A stretch of 64,000 nt of DNA from Negaprion brevirostris. Lineage: Eukaryota. A program made the translations under genes and the position numbers. The stretch covers positions 37,178,660 to 37,242,659 of the forward strand of contig JARDVH010000042.1 of the NCBI GenBank assembly GCA_030324005.1, read 5' to 3'. The notes under the pieces were generated by a model that did not search any database, was not told the DNA's origin, and saw nothing but the letters and a program-made list of their open reading frames with translations. Of this stretch, positions 12,699 through 26,496 are shown one piece after another. The stretch's first letter is position 1; each line of letters begins with the position of its first letter.

Positions 12699-13682
12699 TC
12701 AGACTCCCATTCCTTCACATTGACCAGGGATTTCCTATAGATTTCTCCTGGGTTGAGGGAAGAAGTGGAAGGGGTGATTACAGAATTATGCTGATGGCAG
12801 GATGATAAGAGTACTTATGTCCATCTTGCAATACCAGATGGGCAGTTATTTTCAAGGTGCTCTTAAGAGCAGGGCCTCAGGCTCTGGGCCTGGATTTTCT
12901 CAGGTCACTGAATCCAAAACAGTCAGGTAACAAGATGATGGAGCCTGGTACTGGATATCATCCTTGTGCCTGAGGCCTTCTCAGAGCAACTTTCAGACAG
13001 CAGCAGGAATGTTCTCATGACCAGATGCCCGAAAAATCTGCAACTCCCATTTTGCACTCTGTGTGTTGTTGGTATTTGGTGAGGGCACAATTTTCTATTT
13101 ACTTAGCAACAAGAGTAGGACTGATAAACTCAGAAAATGCTGCTCTTATCATTTAAGAAACATATGGCTGGATTTTACATTAATCATTTCAGATTGAAAC
13201 CCTATTACGTCCACACAAAGGCACAATTATTCACTGCAGAGGAAGTCAACTTTACAAAATCTGAATGTATGTACACAATCAACTGCTCTAAACTTGAAAC
13301 ATGCCCATGGGCCATTAAAATGGTTTACAAGGGCTTACTACAGATTAGTTATAGTTGGTATCAGAAATAAGTGATTCAAATCTCAAAATGTACACATGTA
13401 AGCATTTAACCTCTCATACTGCCGAGGAAGCAACACAATATTTACAACATTGTAAACAACCAATTTTCAGCATCAACTAGTCACGCAATGATCCTATCAA
13501 GAAAATCAACATGGAATGTGTCTCTCCAGTCACAAAGATGTTGTAAATGTTATTTTTTTTCCTCTGGTAAAGTAAACTCTGCAAGATTTGCAATTTCTTT
13601 CAATGGCATGAAATTTACTGACAATTGAAATTTCATTTACTTTGGGCAGAATCTTTCCATTCTGGAATCATACTAATACATA

Positions 13683-13986
13683 AATATTTATTTATTAGTG
13701 TCACAAGTAGGGTTATGTTAACACTGCGATGAACTTACTGTGAAAATCCCCTAGTTGCCACATTCTGGCACCTCTTTGGATACACCGAAGGAGAATTTAG
13801 CATGGCTAATGCACCTAACCAGCATGTCGTTCGGACTGTGAGAGGGAACTGGAGCACCCAGAGGGAATACACGCAGTCACAGGGAGAATGTGCAGAGTCT
13901 GCTCTGACAGTGCCCCAAGCCGGGAATCGAACCTGGGTCCCCGGCACTGTGAGGCAGCAATGCTGACCACTGTGCCACCGTACCCT
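13683..13986 (-). mobile_element. Full-length HE1-like V-SINE, tail B
   Basis: Head revcomp gtacggtggcacagtggtcagcattgctgcctcacag...ggttcgattccc, V-domain and tail B. Confidence 0.9.
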
Positions 13987-14249
13987 CCTTGGTGGGTGAA
14001 AGAGGGAGTGATCCCTGCTGCAGGGGAGTGGATGGCTCATCACGTGCGACCTTGCACTGTTTAGCTTATTACGTATGTATTCATGTGGAGCACAATGAAT
14101 CTCATGGCAGGAACAGCAGGAAGTTGCCATTACCACTGTTTCCTGAAGGGGTCAAAAGTCCAAGTGCCATACTTAAAGGACACCTAGACAGTCTTTACTC
14201 ACAGCAGGACAGGAGCGTTAGTCTGGCTATCCCTAAGGTCCCACATAAG

Positions 14250-14460
14250 AAAACAATGTGCAACTCCACGGTTCAGCAAAGCCTCTCCCTGGAGAATCTC
14301 CTCCAAGACATTTCCAAGACTTTCCAAGAATGGTAATGGGAGGCTTGCCTGTCTGACCACAACAGCCTGTACGGAGGTCGCAATGGAGGTCAATGCCCAT
14401 GGGGCCCAACATAGCAAAGCCCAACAGTACTGGAACGACCTGCTAGGCTTTGCCAGAGTA
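14250..14460 (+). pseudogene. Decayed Myb/SANT-like DNA-binding domain (Harbinger accessory protein relic)
   Basis: With frameshifts reads KQCATPRFSKA/SLENLLQDI...GRLACLTTTACTEVAMEVNAHGAQHSKAQQYWNDLLGFAR|gt. This resembles the PRFSxxxLExLL...AWxEVAxxVN...QCxKKWNDL pattern of MSANTD/Harbinger Myb proteins. Confidence 0.6.
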
Positions 14461-15269
14461 TGTGCCATTTTTACTTTCACTGCAAACTGACACTCATAAG
14501 GGCATCAGGCTGAGTTCATAAATTCACAGAGATGTCAGACAGGAGCTTGGATTGCAGCAGACAGGACACTTGCATTGAATGTGTGGCAGCCAGTTTATGC
14601 TCTCAATCCTTTATCAGTTGCAGGACATCCTGCTTCTTAACCACTTAAAGGGAAAGGCTCAGCATCTGCCAAGAGGCATGCATGTTCCTGAATTGCTAAA
14701 GCAACCATTGGGATGACAATGTGTTCCTATAGGAGAAAAACATCCAACAAGTGGGAGCGCTCCCAGGCCATAGGTACAATTCCAGACATCCGAGTCCTCA
14801 ATTCATATGGGGAGCAGCTAGGATTATGCTTGTCCTGAAGGTGAAACAGGATTCTCCCAGAAGCCAATGAGGATGCCTCAGTCTGCAGCTGTCCATGGCT
14901 CCTACAGTGTGAGACGTGAGTGTGATTATCACTCATCATCGTAGAGAAATATGGGCCAAATGCAGGCAACTGGGGCTAACTTAATGGCAAAAACTGGATG
15001 GCATGGACAAGTTGGGCCGAAGGGCCTGTTTCCATGCTGTAAACCTTGATGACAAGAATTTTAAATGTCTGAAATACAGGAGATCATTTAAAAAAGTGTG
15101 ATCAGATCCATAAACCATTCTCAACAATAACGCTGGAGGTCAAGTGAATGTTGTAATAACTATAGAACATGGTCATGTTGGTACCATTGGCCATCCTACT
15201 GAGATAACACTTGACCAAAGCAAAAGGTGCATCTCATGCATTTCAGATTATAAATATGGGAAGGAGCAA

Positions 15270-15530
15270 TTTTCTTTGTATTCTTTCACATGATGTGGGT
15301 GTCACGATTAAGGCCAATGCTTATTACCCAATCCTAATTATCTGAGTTGAAAAGATGGTGGTAAGCTACCTTCTAAAATTACTGTAGTCTCTATGGGGAG
15401 GAAGTTACAATGTTTTGACCCAGTGAGAATGAAGAAATGGTGAATATATTTCCAAGTCAGTATGGTATGTGATGTGAAAGGAAATGTGCAGGTGATGCTG
15501 ATAACATGCTCTTGCTTCCTTGCACCATCT
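15270..15530 (-). mobile_element. 3' part of a non-LTR retrotransposon (same tail family as 21660-21990 and 58770-59085)
   Basis: ttctttcacatgatgtgggtgtcac...ggtggtaagctaccttct...atatttccaagtcag. Confidence 0.65.
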
Positions 15531-15727
15531 GGTTAATGATGAACTTTTAAGATTAGGGAGTTGCTAAGAGTGGAACAAGGTGTAATACTCATGTTGCAAG
15601 AATTATCAGAGTTTGCAAACGTCAGCACTTATCTTACATCATAGAATCATAGAGCACAGATAGGGAGGCTATTCAGAGTATCCTGCTGTGCCCTTTAAAA
15701 AGGGCTATCCAATTATCTCCACTCTCT

Positions 15728-16485
15728 GCAGCACAGTGGCTAGCGCTCATGGTACCAGGGACCCAGGTTTGATTCCCAGCTTAAATCATTCTGTCTGCAC
15801 ATTCTCCCCATGTCTACATGGGTTTTCCCCAGGTGCTCTGGTTTCCTCCCACACTCCAAAGATATACCGGTTAGGTGGATTGACCATGCTAAATTGCCCC
15901 TTAGTGTCCACTGATGTGCAAGTTGCGTGGATTGGCCATGTGAGTGGCATTGTGGATCAATCCACGGCACAGACTGCAGCGATTATAGAAGGCAACTCAC
16001 CGCCACCATTTCTCGGGGATTTTCCACAATAACTTCATTGCAGTGTTAATGTCAGCCTACTTGTGACACTAATAAAATTTAAAAATTCTCAAAGGCAACT
16101 TGGGTATGGGCAATAAATGCTGGCCTAGCTAGTGATAACCATGTGCTGAGAATTAATTGTAAAAAAGTTAGGTGGTTTGGTCCTGCTGAATTGCCCCTTA
16201 GTGTCAGGGTGATTAGCATGGTGAACACATGGGGTTACGGGGATAGGGCTGGGAGGGAATGTTGTCAGTGCAGACTCAATGGGCCAATGGCCGCCTCTTG
16301 CACAGTAGGGATCCTATGATTCTAAATTGTCTTTTAGTGTTTAAAGATGTGTAGGTTAGTTGGATTGGGCACAGTAAATGTGCAGGTTTTTGGGGATAGG
16401 GCGGGTGCAAGCTAGCTAACAAACTCTTCTGGAGAGTCAGTGCAGATGTGATGGGCTGAATGCCCTCCTTTTGCACTGTAGGTTC
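15728..16485 (+). mobile_element. Nested SINE/LINE cluster: HE1-like SINE (15728-15940), LINE tail (15965-16165) with a tail-B insert, and two further HE1 3' halves
   Basis: V-domain text, three repeats of aattgccccttagtgt-like sequence and CR1-type tails. Confidence 0.8.
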
Positions 16486-19114
16486 CTCCCACAACACTGC
16501 AACTTGACCCCACACAAGTCTGGTTCCAAAGCTGAGAGTTGCTGCCCACCCACCCCCCTCCTCCATGAGTGACTGCAATATTATTATTGACAAAGTATTT
16601 CTCTGGGAATGTCTCATGACATGCCTCTTCAGTTACCAGTGGTCACAAACACCACCCACACTGGCCTTGCGCAAAGCCCTGGCTTCCTGATTGCCCAATT
16701 ACACACACGCTGAGTCCCAACTCAGCCAGGCTGCCACGTGTTCACTAGTGACGTAATCCGGAGGGCGGCGGGGCGGAGTGAGNNNNNNNNNNNNNNNNNN
16801 NNNNNNNNNNNNNNNNNNNNNNNNNNNNNNNNNNNNNNNNNNNNNNNNNNNNNNNNNNNNNNNNNNNNNNNNNNNNNNNNNNACCGTCCTCTCCTGATAT
16901 CTGACTAACCAGCTTCTGTGACTATCCCATCCTCTCCAGTGAAATTTTCATCCATCAGATATTCACCATGCACCTGCCACCTTACTTAGCTCTGGCTTCA
17001 TGTCCAGTGCCCACTCCAGCCATCCACCCTTGGCCTGGCTTTCATGTCCAGTCATCAAGCAGATTATCCTACCATCACCTGATATGAGTCAAACTTTGAG
17101 CGATCCCAAAGCAGCATCTACTCACCTCAAAGCCATGAGAGAAGTCAAGCTCCACAGATGCACGATTAGATTAAACGATGAAAATGAATGTTCTAATTTC
17201 TCACTGGTGAGGAGCTTAATTCCGGTGAGCTGGCCTTTAAATGAGCATGTGTAGATGCAAAAGTGCTTCCCACCTGCCTTTAAACAGTTTTCAAAGTCCC
17301 AAAGACAGAATCCCTAAAGTCCATCCCATAGGGAAGCTGAATTTTGGCCTCACACCAAATTATGTTCCCCTGCCTGCCAAACTTTCCACTGCTGGTGGGA
17401 TTGGAAGATTCTGCCCAACTTACATTCTGTTCGATATAAAAAGAATTTATTTCCAATCAGAGGAATTGTTTCAAATGGCTTTGATTGGGATTATACTGAA
17501 ATTGCTCACTATCCTTTTATCTCGCACGTCTGGGTTACAGTCCCAGAAGGAAAGTACTTTGACAAGTCCATTAATCATCTTTGTACTGATGTGGGTGCCT
17601 CATGAAAGCATCAGTTTATAAAATGGAAATGTTTCACTGATACAAGTCAAGGGCTCCTCTGAAAATTGGGCTAATGCATATAAAGAGTAGGATTGGGGGG
17701 AGTCTAAAGGGAGCTTTATTCTGCAGCAGGTGTGCTACATATACTTGGCCATTGTTTAATGTACTCTGGGTACCTTCTTTGAAATATTTTACTTTAGCAG
17801 TACTATCCATCACCTTAATAAGCAGTTTCACCTAACAAAAATAAACGTGATCCTGCAACGTTAGGTTTGATCAACAAAGTGTACAATAAAGTAGGGGCTA
17901 AAACTGCTTATATACTGGAGCACTTAAAATGCCTTCAAATTTTATAGCACAATTTTGTACTGAGGTTAAGAGAAATAAGTACCCTTTGTTCTCATGTGAT
18001 AAAGATCATAATTACAAAATGTTTCTCAGTACAGGCAATTATTTAACTTTGCAGATGCAAGAAATGTGTCGACATATCCAATGTCATAAACACAACAAAT
18101 TATTGCATTTAAAGAAATTAGTGCTTTGACGTATTTATGGAAACCATTAGTTGCAGGCTTTAAAACAAATGTTTTTCATTAGGAAAACATATATTTAGAG
18201 AAATATGTAGGTCGCAGCATATAAGTTGAGCCAGAATCTAAGACAATCCAATTTCTTAGTGTCAAAATGTATGCCCATTGTATAATTCAACCCCTCCAGC
18301 CCCCCTCCCTACCATTTTCCAGCTATTTAGTGTATGTTTAGGGCTATACTCACATTAGGATCAGACTCAAATTTTCAGCTCAGAATACATGGTCTGGAAT
18401 TATACTTGCTGTCTAAGGTGGTGCGCGGAATCAACCAGACGATATGAACAATGCTGCCACATTGTTCATACACAGGAATTGATGACAAGTTCACAATGAA
18501 AGATGGCATACAATGACTGATGAACAGAAATGGATCCTCTTGCACCAACACTGGTGGCTTGTGCTTTATACTTGGTACATAAGTCAATCCTCATTTTTGA
18601 AGCTTCAAATGTCAACTAATACACTACGACCTGTGGCATTACAAATAGAAGTTTATAATTCAAAGACAACTTCAAAGCTTTAAGTAAAGAGCCATTCTAA
18701 ATGAAGTGTCATTGTTGAAAAAAGTTCGTGCAACAGTTTAAATTGCACTTAACACATCCAAGGCAACCCAGGTTCTTGGACCTATTGAGGTCCTTAGAGT
18801 GGCCAATTAATAGCTACTTAGGGGCCTCATCCTATGACCACTAGTGTTTTACCCACAGTATGGGTGACCCACACAAAGCAGGTAGCCTGGCAGCTTTGGT
18901 TGCATGGGTTGGTGTCATGCAAGCCTTGTGTCCATGGAAAGCAGCCCCAATGTCAACCCCCTCCCAGCTTTAATCCTCACCCCAGGCCTCTCAAACCTGG
19001 ACATACAAACCACCTCACTGGGGCCTGCTGGCCAATGCCTGCCGATAACCCAGACTTAACTGAAATCCAACCTCAGAACCTCCTCTTCATCGGGAACTGA
19101 CTGTGGCCCCAGTT

Positions 19115-19440
19115 ATGAAGATCATAAATCTGTCTAATTCAGCTTTGAATATGTTCAACGACCCAGACTCTACAGCACTCTGGGGTAATGAGTAATGCCT
19201 CTGTAAGAAAATAAATTATTCCACATCTCTGTTTTAAAAGGTGATCTACATTCCCTTCTGAGAAAAACTTTTTCCCAGCATCTGCCCTGTCAAGCTCCCT
19301 CAGAATATGTTTATATATTTCAATGAGGTCACCTTTCATTCTCCAATGAGCATAGGGTCCAACTTGCTCAACACTTCCTCATAGTACAATTTCTTCATCC
19401 CAGAAATCAGCTAACTGGGCCTTTCCCTGAACTGAGTCAC
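19115..19440 (-). mobile_element. CR1-like LINE ORF2 3' fragment
   Basis: ORF track MKGDLIEIYK.ILRELDRADAGK matches the CR1 RRxRGDLIEVYKI motif. Confidence 0.75.
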
Positions 19441-19924
19441 TGTCCAAAATGTTTTAAAAAGCCAAAATAGTAAAACAAAAAGACACTTGGGCTGGGNNNN
19501 NNNNNNNNNNNNNNNNNNNNNNNNNNNNNNNNNNNNNNNNNNNNNNNNNNNNNNNNNNNNNNNNNNNNNNNNNNNNNNNNNNNNNNNNNNNNNNNNAGCT
19601 GGGGGGGAGCGGGGTGTGAGGGGGAGAGGGTATTTTCTGCTCCTGTTCTTTTCGGGTGGGGTTGGTTATCGGAATGGTCTCGTAAGAGGCCCAAATTGTG
19701 TTTCCCACATATGTAAAGGCATGTGCAATTGTCCCCATGCCTCCTGCACCGATGTATCAGGAATCCCAATGTTCAACATTGAGGACATTATTATAATATA
19801 TTTACATTTCTCATTATCAGGCCTCTATGGTTAAAACATTCCCTCCTCATCACCCCGTTAAAAAAAACATTCACAGCTGCGTAAGGGCATACTGATGTAA
19901 CTCACAATTGGTCTCCCATAGCTT

Positions 19925-20140
19925 TTGCTTTGATTTGATTTATTTTTGTCACATGTATTAGGATACGGTGAAAAATATTGTTTCTTGTGTACTATACAGA
20001 CAAAGCATATGTCCATCGAGAAGGAAAGAAGAGAGAAAGAAGAGGGTGCAGCACAAAATGTTACAGTCATAGCGAGGGTGTAGAGACAAATCAGCTTCAT
20101 GTACGTAGGTCCATTCAAAAATCTGATGGCACCAGGGAAA
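19925..20140 (-). mobile_element. 3' end of a LINE (Rex1/L2-like)
   Basis: Revcomp ends catgtgacaaaaataaatcaaatcaa. Internal ggtccattcaaaaatctgatggc. Confidence 0.55.
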
Positions 20141-20259
20141 TAAAACATTATTAGATAGTTTAAAACAGTTAGTGCACAGTTTTAAAAGCATAGAACGAAA
20201 GTAAAAGATAGAATTAGAGAGTATGCAGGGGACAGCTCGCAAGAAGTAGCCTCGCTCTG

Positions 20260-20745
20260 GTGCCATCTTGAATTGCACGTACCTAGCAGGCAGACATCCC
20301 AGAGGAGCTAAGGTGAGTGTACTGCTCCAGGTGGAGAAAGTTATGTCCGAGCACTACCCGTGAACCACCCAGACACTGGCCCCAGGCACAACCCAGGAAC
20401 TGCTCAGGCACTATCCCTTGGACAACTGTGCTGAAGTAGTGTCGAGGCATTGTCCAGGGATAGTGCTAGGGGAAATTCCTGGGCAGTGCCAAAGGCTGGT
20501 GCTGGGCAGTGCCAGGAGGTTGGGGGGCTGTTTAGTGATGGGNNNNNNNNNNNNNNNNNNNNNNNNNNNNNNNNNNNNNNNNNNNNNNGGGTGGGGGGGC
20601 GGTGGCGGTGTAGCCCCTGGTGAACTCCTGTGCACTGCATCGGCCTTTACAAGTGGCACCCTGATCTTTAAAGAACTAAGTTGCCGGTGGGGCTCAATCA
20701 GAGTAGGTCCTGCCAGCGTGACGTAGTGATACCCACCCCTTGACA
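20260..20745. mobile_element. GC-rich non-autonomous DNA-transposon-like fragment (spans a gap)
   Basis: gggcagtgccaaaggctggtgctgggcagtgccagg motif shared with the 32.5-34.1 kb elements. Confidence 0.5.
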
Positions 20746-21659
20746 TTTTCTTTTCTATGTTTCCAACATTCTGCTGGCTTCAACACTGCTTTACCTGCCA
20801 ATTGTAACAGCCTGCCAAATATAGGTTAACATTTCAGCTTTAGGGTAAGATTTTCCATTTTCTGGTCCTTTCCACGTCAATTCCTGCCATGGATGGGACT
20901 GGAAAATTCTGCCTCATATTTTCAGTGCAACCGCAGGAGTATCCTAAAACGATTTACAGGCACTGAATGACATTTGTAAGAGTAATCACTGCTGTCGTGT
21001 ATGAAATTGTAGCCCTGATTAAAACACAATGTGGAAATCTGACTCTGGGATTGTGGGGATGGTGTGCGTGAGGGAAGAGGTTTCTCAGGAAAGGCAAGAA
21101 TTCCCCTGATGTATTTAATGTGAAACCTGACCTTTCTAGCCTCTGATGATTTAAGATTGCCCTCTGTGTCTTGTTATAAACTGGGCTGTTCTTCGATATC
21201 ACACATGCAAATCCCTGAAGAGCCTGAAGATCACTGAGGGATGTGAAGCTTCAGGATGTTATGGAAATAAGGCTAGTCAGTGACAAGTAGGAATCGGAAA
21301 ATGAGGAAGAGAGTTTTAAATCTACAGCGGGACCCAACGTGGGCAAAAGAACACAAGAGAAATGAACGAATGGGACTGGCTGCAAGTTGGATTTGACATG
21401 CAGAGTTTTGGATGAACTCAATGGTAAATGAAGTGGAAGCTGGTCAGGAGACCATTGGAATGGTCAAGTCCAGTGGTAATAAAGGCATGGATGTAGGAGC
21501 CGATGAGTTGAGGCGGGGCAGAGTTGGTGATCTGACAGTGGTGATGATAGTTTTAGTGATGGTGCAATATGTGGTCAGGAACAAGTTGTGAAGTGGCTGG
21601 CACAGCCTCAGAAAGTAGCCAGTGAGATGGAACAGTTTGAAGGCTCGGGAATAGAGTTT

Positions 21660-21990
21660 TGTTTATTCATTTGTGGGACACAGGTGTCGCTGGCTGGCCA
21701 GCATTTATTCCCATGCCTGGTTGCCCATGAGAAGATGATGGTGAGCTGCCTTCTTGAATCACTGCAGTCCACGTGCTGTGGATTGACCCACAATACTGTT
21801 ACAGACAGAATCTCAGGATTTTGACCCAGCAACTGGGAACAGCAATATATTTCCAAGTCAGAATGGTGAGTGGCTTGGAAGGGAACTTGCAGGTGGTGGT
21901 GCCCCATTTATCTGCTGCCCTTGTCCTTCTAGGCAGAAGTGGCCATGGGTTTGAAAGGTACTGTCTAAAGATCTTTGGTGAATTTGTGGT
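21660..21990 (-). mobile_element. Non-LTR retrotransposon 3' region
   Basis: tttattcatttgtgggac...ggccagcatttattcccat...ggtgagctgccttcttgaa...atatttccaagtcag. Confidence 0.75.
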
Positions 21991-23439
21991 GAGTGAAAGT
22001 AATGGCTATGGTTTTCCTAATGTCTAGCTGGAGGAAGGTTCTATTCATGATTTGTACAGGTTTGACATTGTCACTCTGATACTGCATTCTATGCAATTTT
22101 ATACACTTTTTGCTGTTTTATCAAATTTTCCTCCTATTTGTATTTGAGAATCCTGTGTCTCTCTCTACTTTTCTCTGTATTTTCCTCTCACAATATGTTC
22201 TATCTTTTATACATTCCATCATCCAGCTGTTCAATCTACCAGTATCCTGAATCATACAATCATAGAATGATACAGCATAGGTGGGAGCATTCTGCACATT
22301 ATGTCTCTTTCTGTTCTTTGAAGGAGCCACTCAGTAAGTCTCACGTCCCTACTCTTTCCCCAGTACACTGCAATTTTCCTCCAATTCACTTTGAAAGTTA
22401 CTACTGAATCTGTTTCCATTAATCTTCCAGGCATTCCAGGTCATAATGACTCAGTGTGTAAGAAGTGCGCTCTTTATCTCACTTCAGTGGAAACCAAATC
22501 TCTTCATTCTCTACACAATTAACCATGGTCCTCATTTTGTAAATTGTTTGTAAACTCTCAATTGCGTTGCCAATCACATACACATGCAGAAGAACAAAGG
22601 TTCCAACAACTATGCCTAGGGGTCATCACTGCAGTCCTACATTCCTAAAATCCAGAATGAAGGTCCATCAACTACTGCTCTTTGTTTTCCTCATTTAACC
22701 CAATTACTACCTCTGCTGCACCACTGCCATTAATGCTGTGTGTGACCGTAAGCAATCCAGGATTGTAACGACAGCTGCCAATGTGGTATGTTACCAAATA
22801 CTTGTCAATTATCCATAAACACACCATTCATTGCAATTCCAGATTGTAGGGGATTTTCACAGTAACTTCATTACAATGTGAATGAAAGTCTACTTATGAC
22901 TAAGAAATAAACTTTAACTTTCCTCTATTAATGTGCTTTGTAAATAACTCTGTTAACTTGGTCAGATTTGACTTGCTTTTGTTCTCACAGCTTTCGTTTA
23001 AATTGTTTTTTATCCCCTCAGTTGTGAATATGCCTCTGGAAATTTAACCGTGGCTAATGTTAGGCTGCTCCCGTAATAAGTAAGGATTTCCTTTCCTCCC
23101 CCTTTTAGACAGAAAGATTTTGTTTTATCATGAGCCCCTTGACCTTGTGCCATATTCAAGGAGGTTTGAAGCATCGCAGTCACAGGCTTTGCTGCCACCT
23201 CTCTTGAATTCCTGCAGCAGTCCAGGATACATGCCACCCAATCTTTTCCATTTTGAGTTCTACCACCTTTCTCAGCCCTACTTCATATTCATAGTTAGTC
23301 AAGCTAAAGTCCAGCCCCTTGGATTCTAACATTTTCACCATCACATTATTTAACAGAAGTTGAAACAAAATATTCCTTTAGCATCATTCTCCGCAATGAG
23401 ATGATTGCTTTTTATTTCTCTAATTGACTCTACTCTTTG

Positions 23440-23750
23440 TAGAATCATAGAATCTACAGGTGCAGATGTAGGTTGCATTATAGAGCCTGCACCGACAACA
23501 ATCCCACACAAGTCCTATCCCCATAACCACACATACTTACCCTCCTAGTCCCCCTGACATTAAGAGGCAATTTATCAAGGCCAATCAACCTAACCCGCAC
23601 ATCTTTGGAGTGTGGGAGGAAACCGGAGTACCTGGAGGAAAGCCACACAGACATGGGGAGAATATGCAAACTGCACACAGATAGTGACCTGAGGTCAGAT
23701 TCAAACCTGAGTCCTTGGCGCTGTGAGGCAGCAGTGCTAACTGCTATTCC
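23440..23750 (-). mobile_element. Full-length HE1-like V-SINE, CR1-type tail
   Basis: tagaatcatagaatctacag tail, V-domain, and head ggcgctgtgaggcagcagtgctaac. Confidence 0.88.
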
Positions 23751-24879
23751 ACTGTAATTAATGTGGAAACCATTACTTGCAGGCTTTGAAACAATGCACT
23801 TCCGAACAAAGGACCAGACAAAATTCGAACGAGATAGTATACTATGTATAGTGAAAGACACAACTCCAGTGGACTCTTTAATAATAGCTTTTCACAAGGA
23901 AACATAGTGGTCTGCAGTATAAAAGTATCACACTCTTGTACAAACCAATAACAGTACCCTTGCTTAGAAAAGAGCTCCTTTCCGCCAGTGAGTTATTACA
24001 ATCTTGGATTGGTTATGGTTAAACCGAGCTAACACACTACAAGTGGTTCTGAAATGGAATGAGTGACCTCAGTAACCTCATGGACTGAGGCAAAATCAGA
24101 AAAGGTTTGAAACAAAACCTAACTTTTTGTAACTGTTTTTTTTAAGGAAAGAGACCTGCTGTCTTTATCTGGTCTGGCCTGTATGTGTCTCTAGCCCCTT
24201 ACAAACATGATTGACTCAGAGTCAAACCACAACAGAGATTAACTTCATCTCAGACTGCGTAGGCTGCAACGGTCAAGAAGGTCGGTGCCTATGTTCTCTT
24301 CCCTTTGACTTTTCCTTTTGACAGTTGCGTGGGTGTATGCCAGCAGCGCCAGTGACTTACCCATCTGTTTCTCAGAACTACTCTTTTTCTGCAGACAACT
24401 ATAGATTCAGGTCTTTCACTCTTTTATCTATATTTGCACTGCCAATATCATTTGTAATACAAAAATCCAACATATTCACTCTCTCTGTGTTATACCACCA
24501 GCATTTAAAATTTACACTGCTTCCATCTGCCCTCTTTAAGTATTCTTTCACTTTTCCTGCACAAATAAAAGTCTTCACTATTTATTTCTCTATTATCTGC
24601 TGGTCCTTCATTTTCCTACATAATTCTCTAAATGTTCATTTTGTAATTCTCATTACACTTCCTATATTCATGGATTTCTATAATATGCCTCATTTTAAAG
24701 TTTCTGTTTGGTTTTAATTGTTCTATTTACCCACAGAACTCTAGCAGTTGATGCATCCATTGATACCAATTTTTGGGAACATAAATTCTATTCCCTTCTT
24801 GATTTTCTTTTTTTAGATATTCAGAAGTGTTCTTAACCCCCACTCCGTAATAGCTTATTTCTATTTGTTCTCTGACACC

Positions 24880-25512
24880 GAGAGAGGGGAATGTGCAATG
24901 AGATTTGGGGGTCCTCATACACCAATCACTATTGAAGGTAAGTATCGCAGTGCAGCAGGAGGTAAAGAAGGCAAATGGTATGTTAGCCTTCATTGCAAAA
25001 GGATTTGAGAACAGGAGCAGGGATGGCTTGCTGTAGTTTTATAGGGCCTTGTTGAGGCCATACCTAGAATATTGTTTGCAGTTATCTTCTCTTTATCTGA
25101 TGAAGAACGTTTTTGCTAGAGCGGTAGTCCAGTGAAGACCTACCAGACAGATTCCTGGGATGGTGTAACTGACATATGAGGAAAGATTAAGTTGATTAGG
25201 ATTATATTCGCTNNNNGACAATGAGGGACGATCTCATCGAAACTCATAAAATTCAAACAGGACAAGACAGGTAACTGCAAGGAGGGTTGGGGGTGTCCAG
25301 AACTAGGGGTCATAGTCTAAGGATAACGGATAAACCTTTTTGGACTGAGATGAGGAGAAATTTCTTCACCCAGAGAGCAGTAAGCCTGTGGAATTCATCA
25401 CCACAGATCAGACTACTGAGTTGGATGGTTGGCCATGATCATAATGGATGGCGGAGCAGGCTTGAAGGACAGAATGCCCTATTCCTGCTCCTATTTTCTA
25501 CGTTTCTATCTT
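24880..25512 (+). mobile_element. CR1-like LINE 3' fragment (decayed ORF2 C-terminus and tail)
   Basis: Reads roughly DLGVLI..KKANGMLAFIAKGFE..YRALLRPYLEYC, then SRTRGHSLRI..FFTQRAVSLWNS. Tail ctcctattttctacgtttcta. Confidence 0.85.
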
Positions 25513-26496
25513 GACAGTGTTTGTTTAAGCAGAGCCTTCTACTTCTATTCCAATAGTTTTATTAATCCTGCCTTCCCACTCTAACTTAAAAACTAGATTT
25601 GGCCTGGCCCTCTGCATATCACTTCAAGTCCTTCCTGGTGCTCCAGTGGTTTAATAATCCACTGCTTCTATGTTGGTTTCGCTGAAGTCTGTCCCTATAA
25701 AACTACCTTCACCTATTGCAGAAATCACTTCAATGTCCTTGTCCTTTGTGCCAGTTTGCTCATTAATTTCCTCTGTTTAACGTTTTCAAAGTGCAACAGA
25801 CAAATTCATCAGAGAATACAACCTTTGCGAATCTTGTCTATCAATTTGGTGCCAAACCACTTCAATTTTTTCTTCAATATCTTTAATGTACTTCTGTTTT
25901 TGTCAATGAGCCAAATTTGGATCACTACATTGGCTTCTCTTCCTCCCTATCCACCAAGGGGTGGAAATTGGATTTGGCCCATTTTGGGACCTGAAGTAGA
26001 AGGCTTGTTGGGCATATATGCCAGATGATCACCAGAAATCACACGCCTCAGCAGCATATAGCCAACAAGCTGCTTGGTAAGGCTAACCACATCTCTTTTG
26101 AAATCAATTAAATACCTATTACCATCCCGAACCAACTCATAGTTAGGACATCAAATAAACAACTTTAAACAATTCTTGGTAATGAAGCAAATCAAATGTA
26201 AACTCAAAGTAAAATTAAATATACCGTACAAAGCAATGTATATAAAGCAAAGTACTTACATTTAATTATTCTTGCTGAAGCTAACTACCACATTGTTCTG
26301 GTCCTTCACATTTCACTGACTTTGCATCATGATTCAACGAATGAATGAAAGCATGATAACTGTTGACTGGGGAGCAGGCTTTAAACAGCATGATCTGATG
26401 CTCTTGATAAGCTGCTAGCTGAATACTGATGGAGTCAGTTTAGGTACTCCATTACTTGCAGAAAGTAAGACTTGGATGGTCATCAACAATAAAGAT

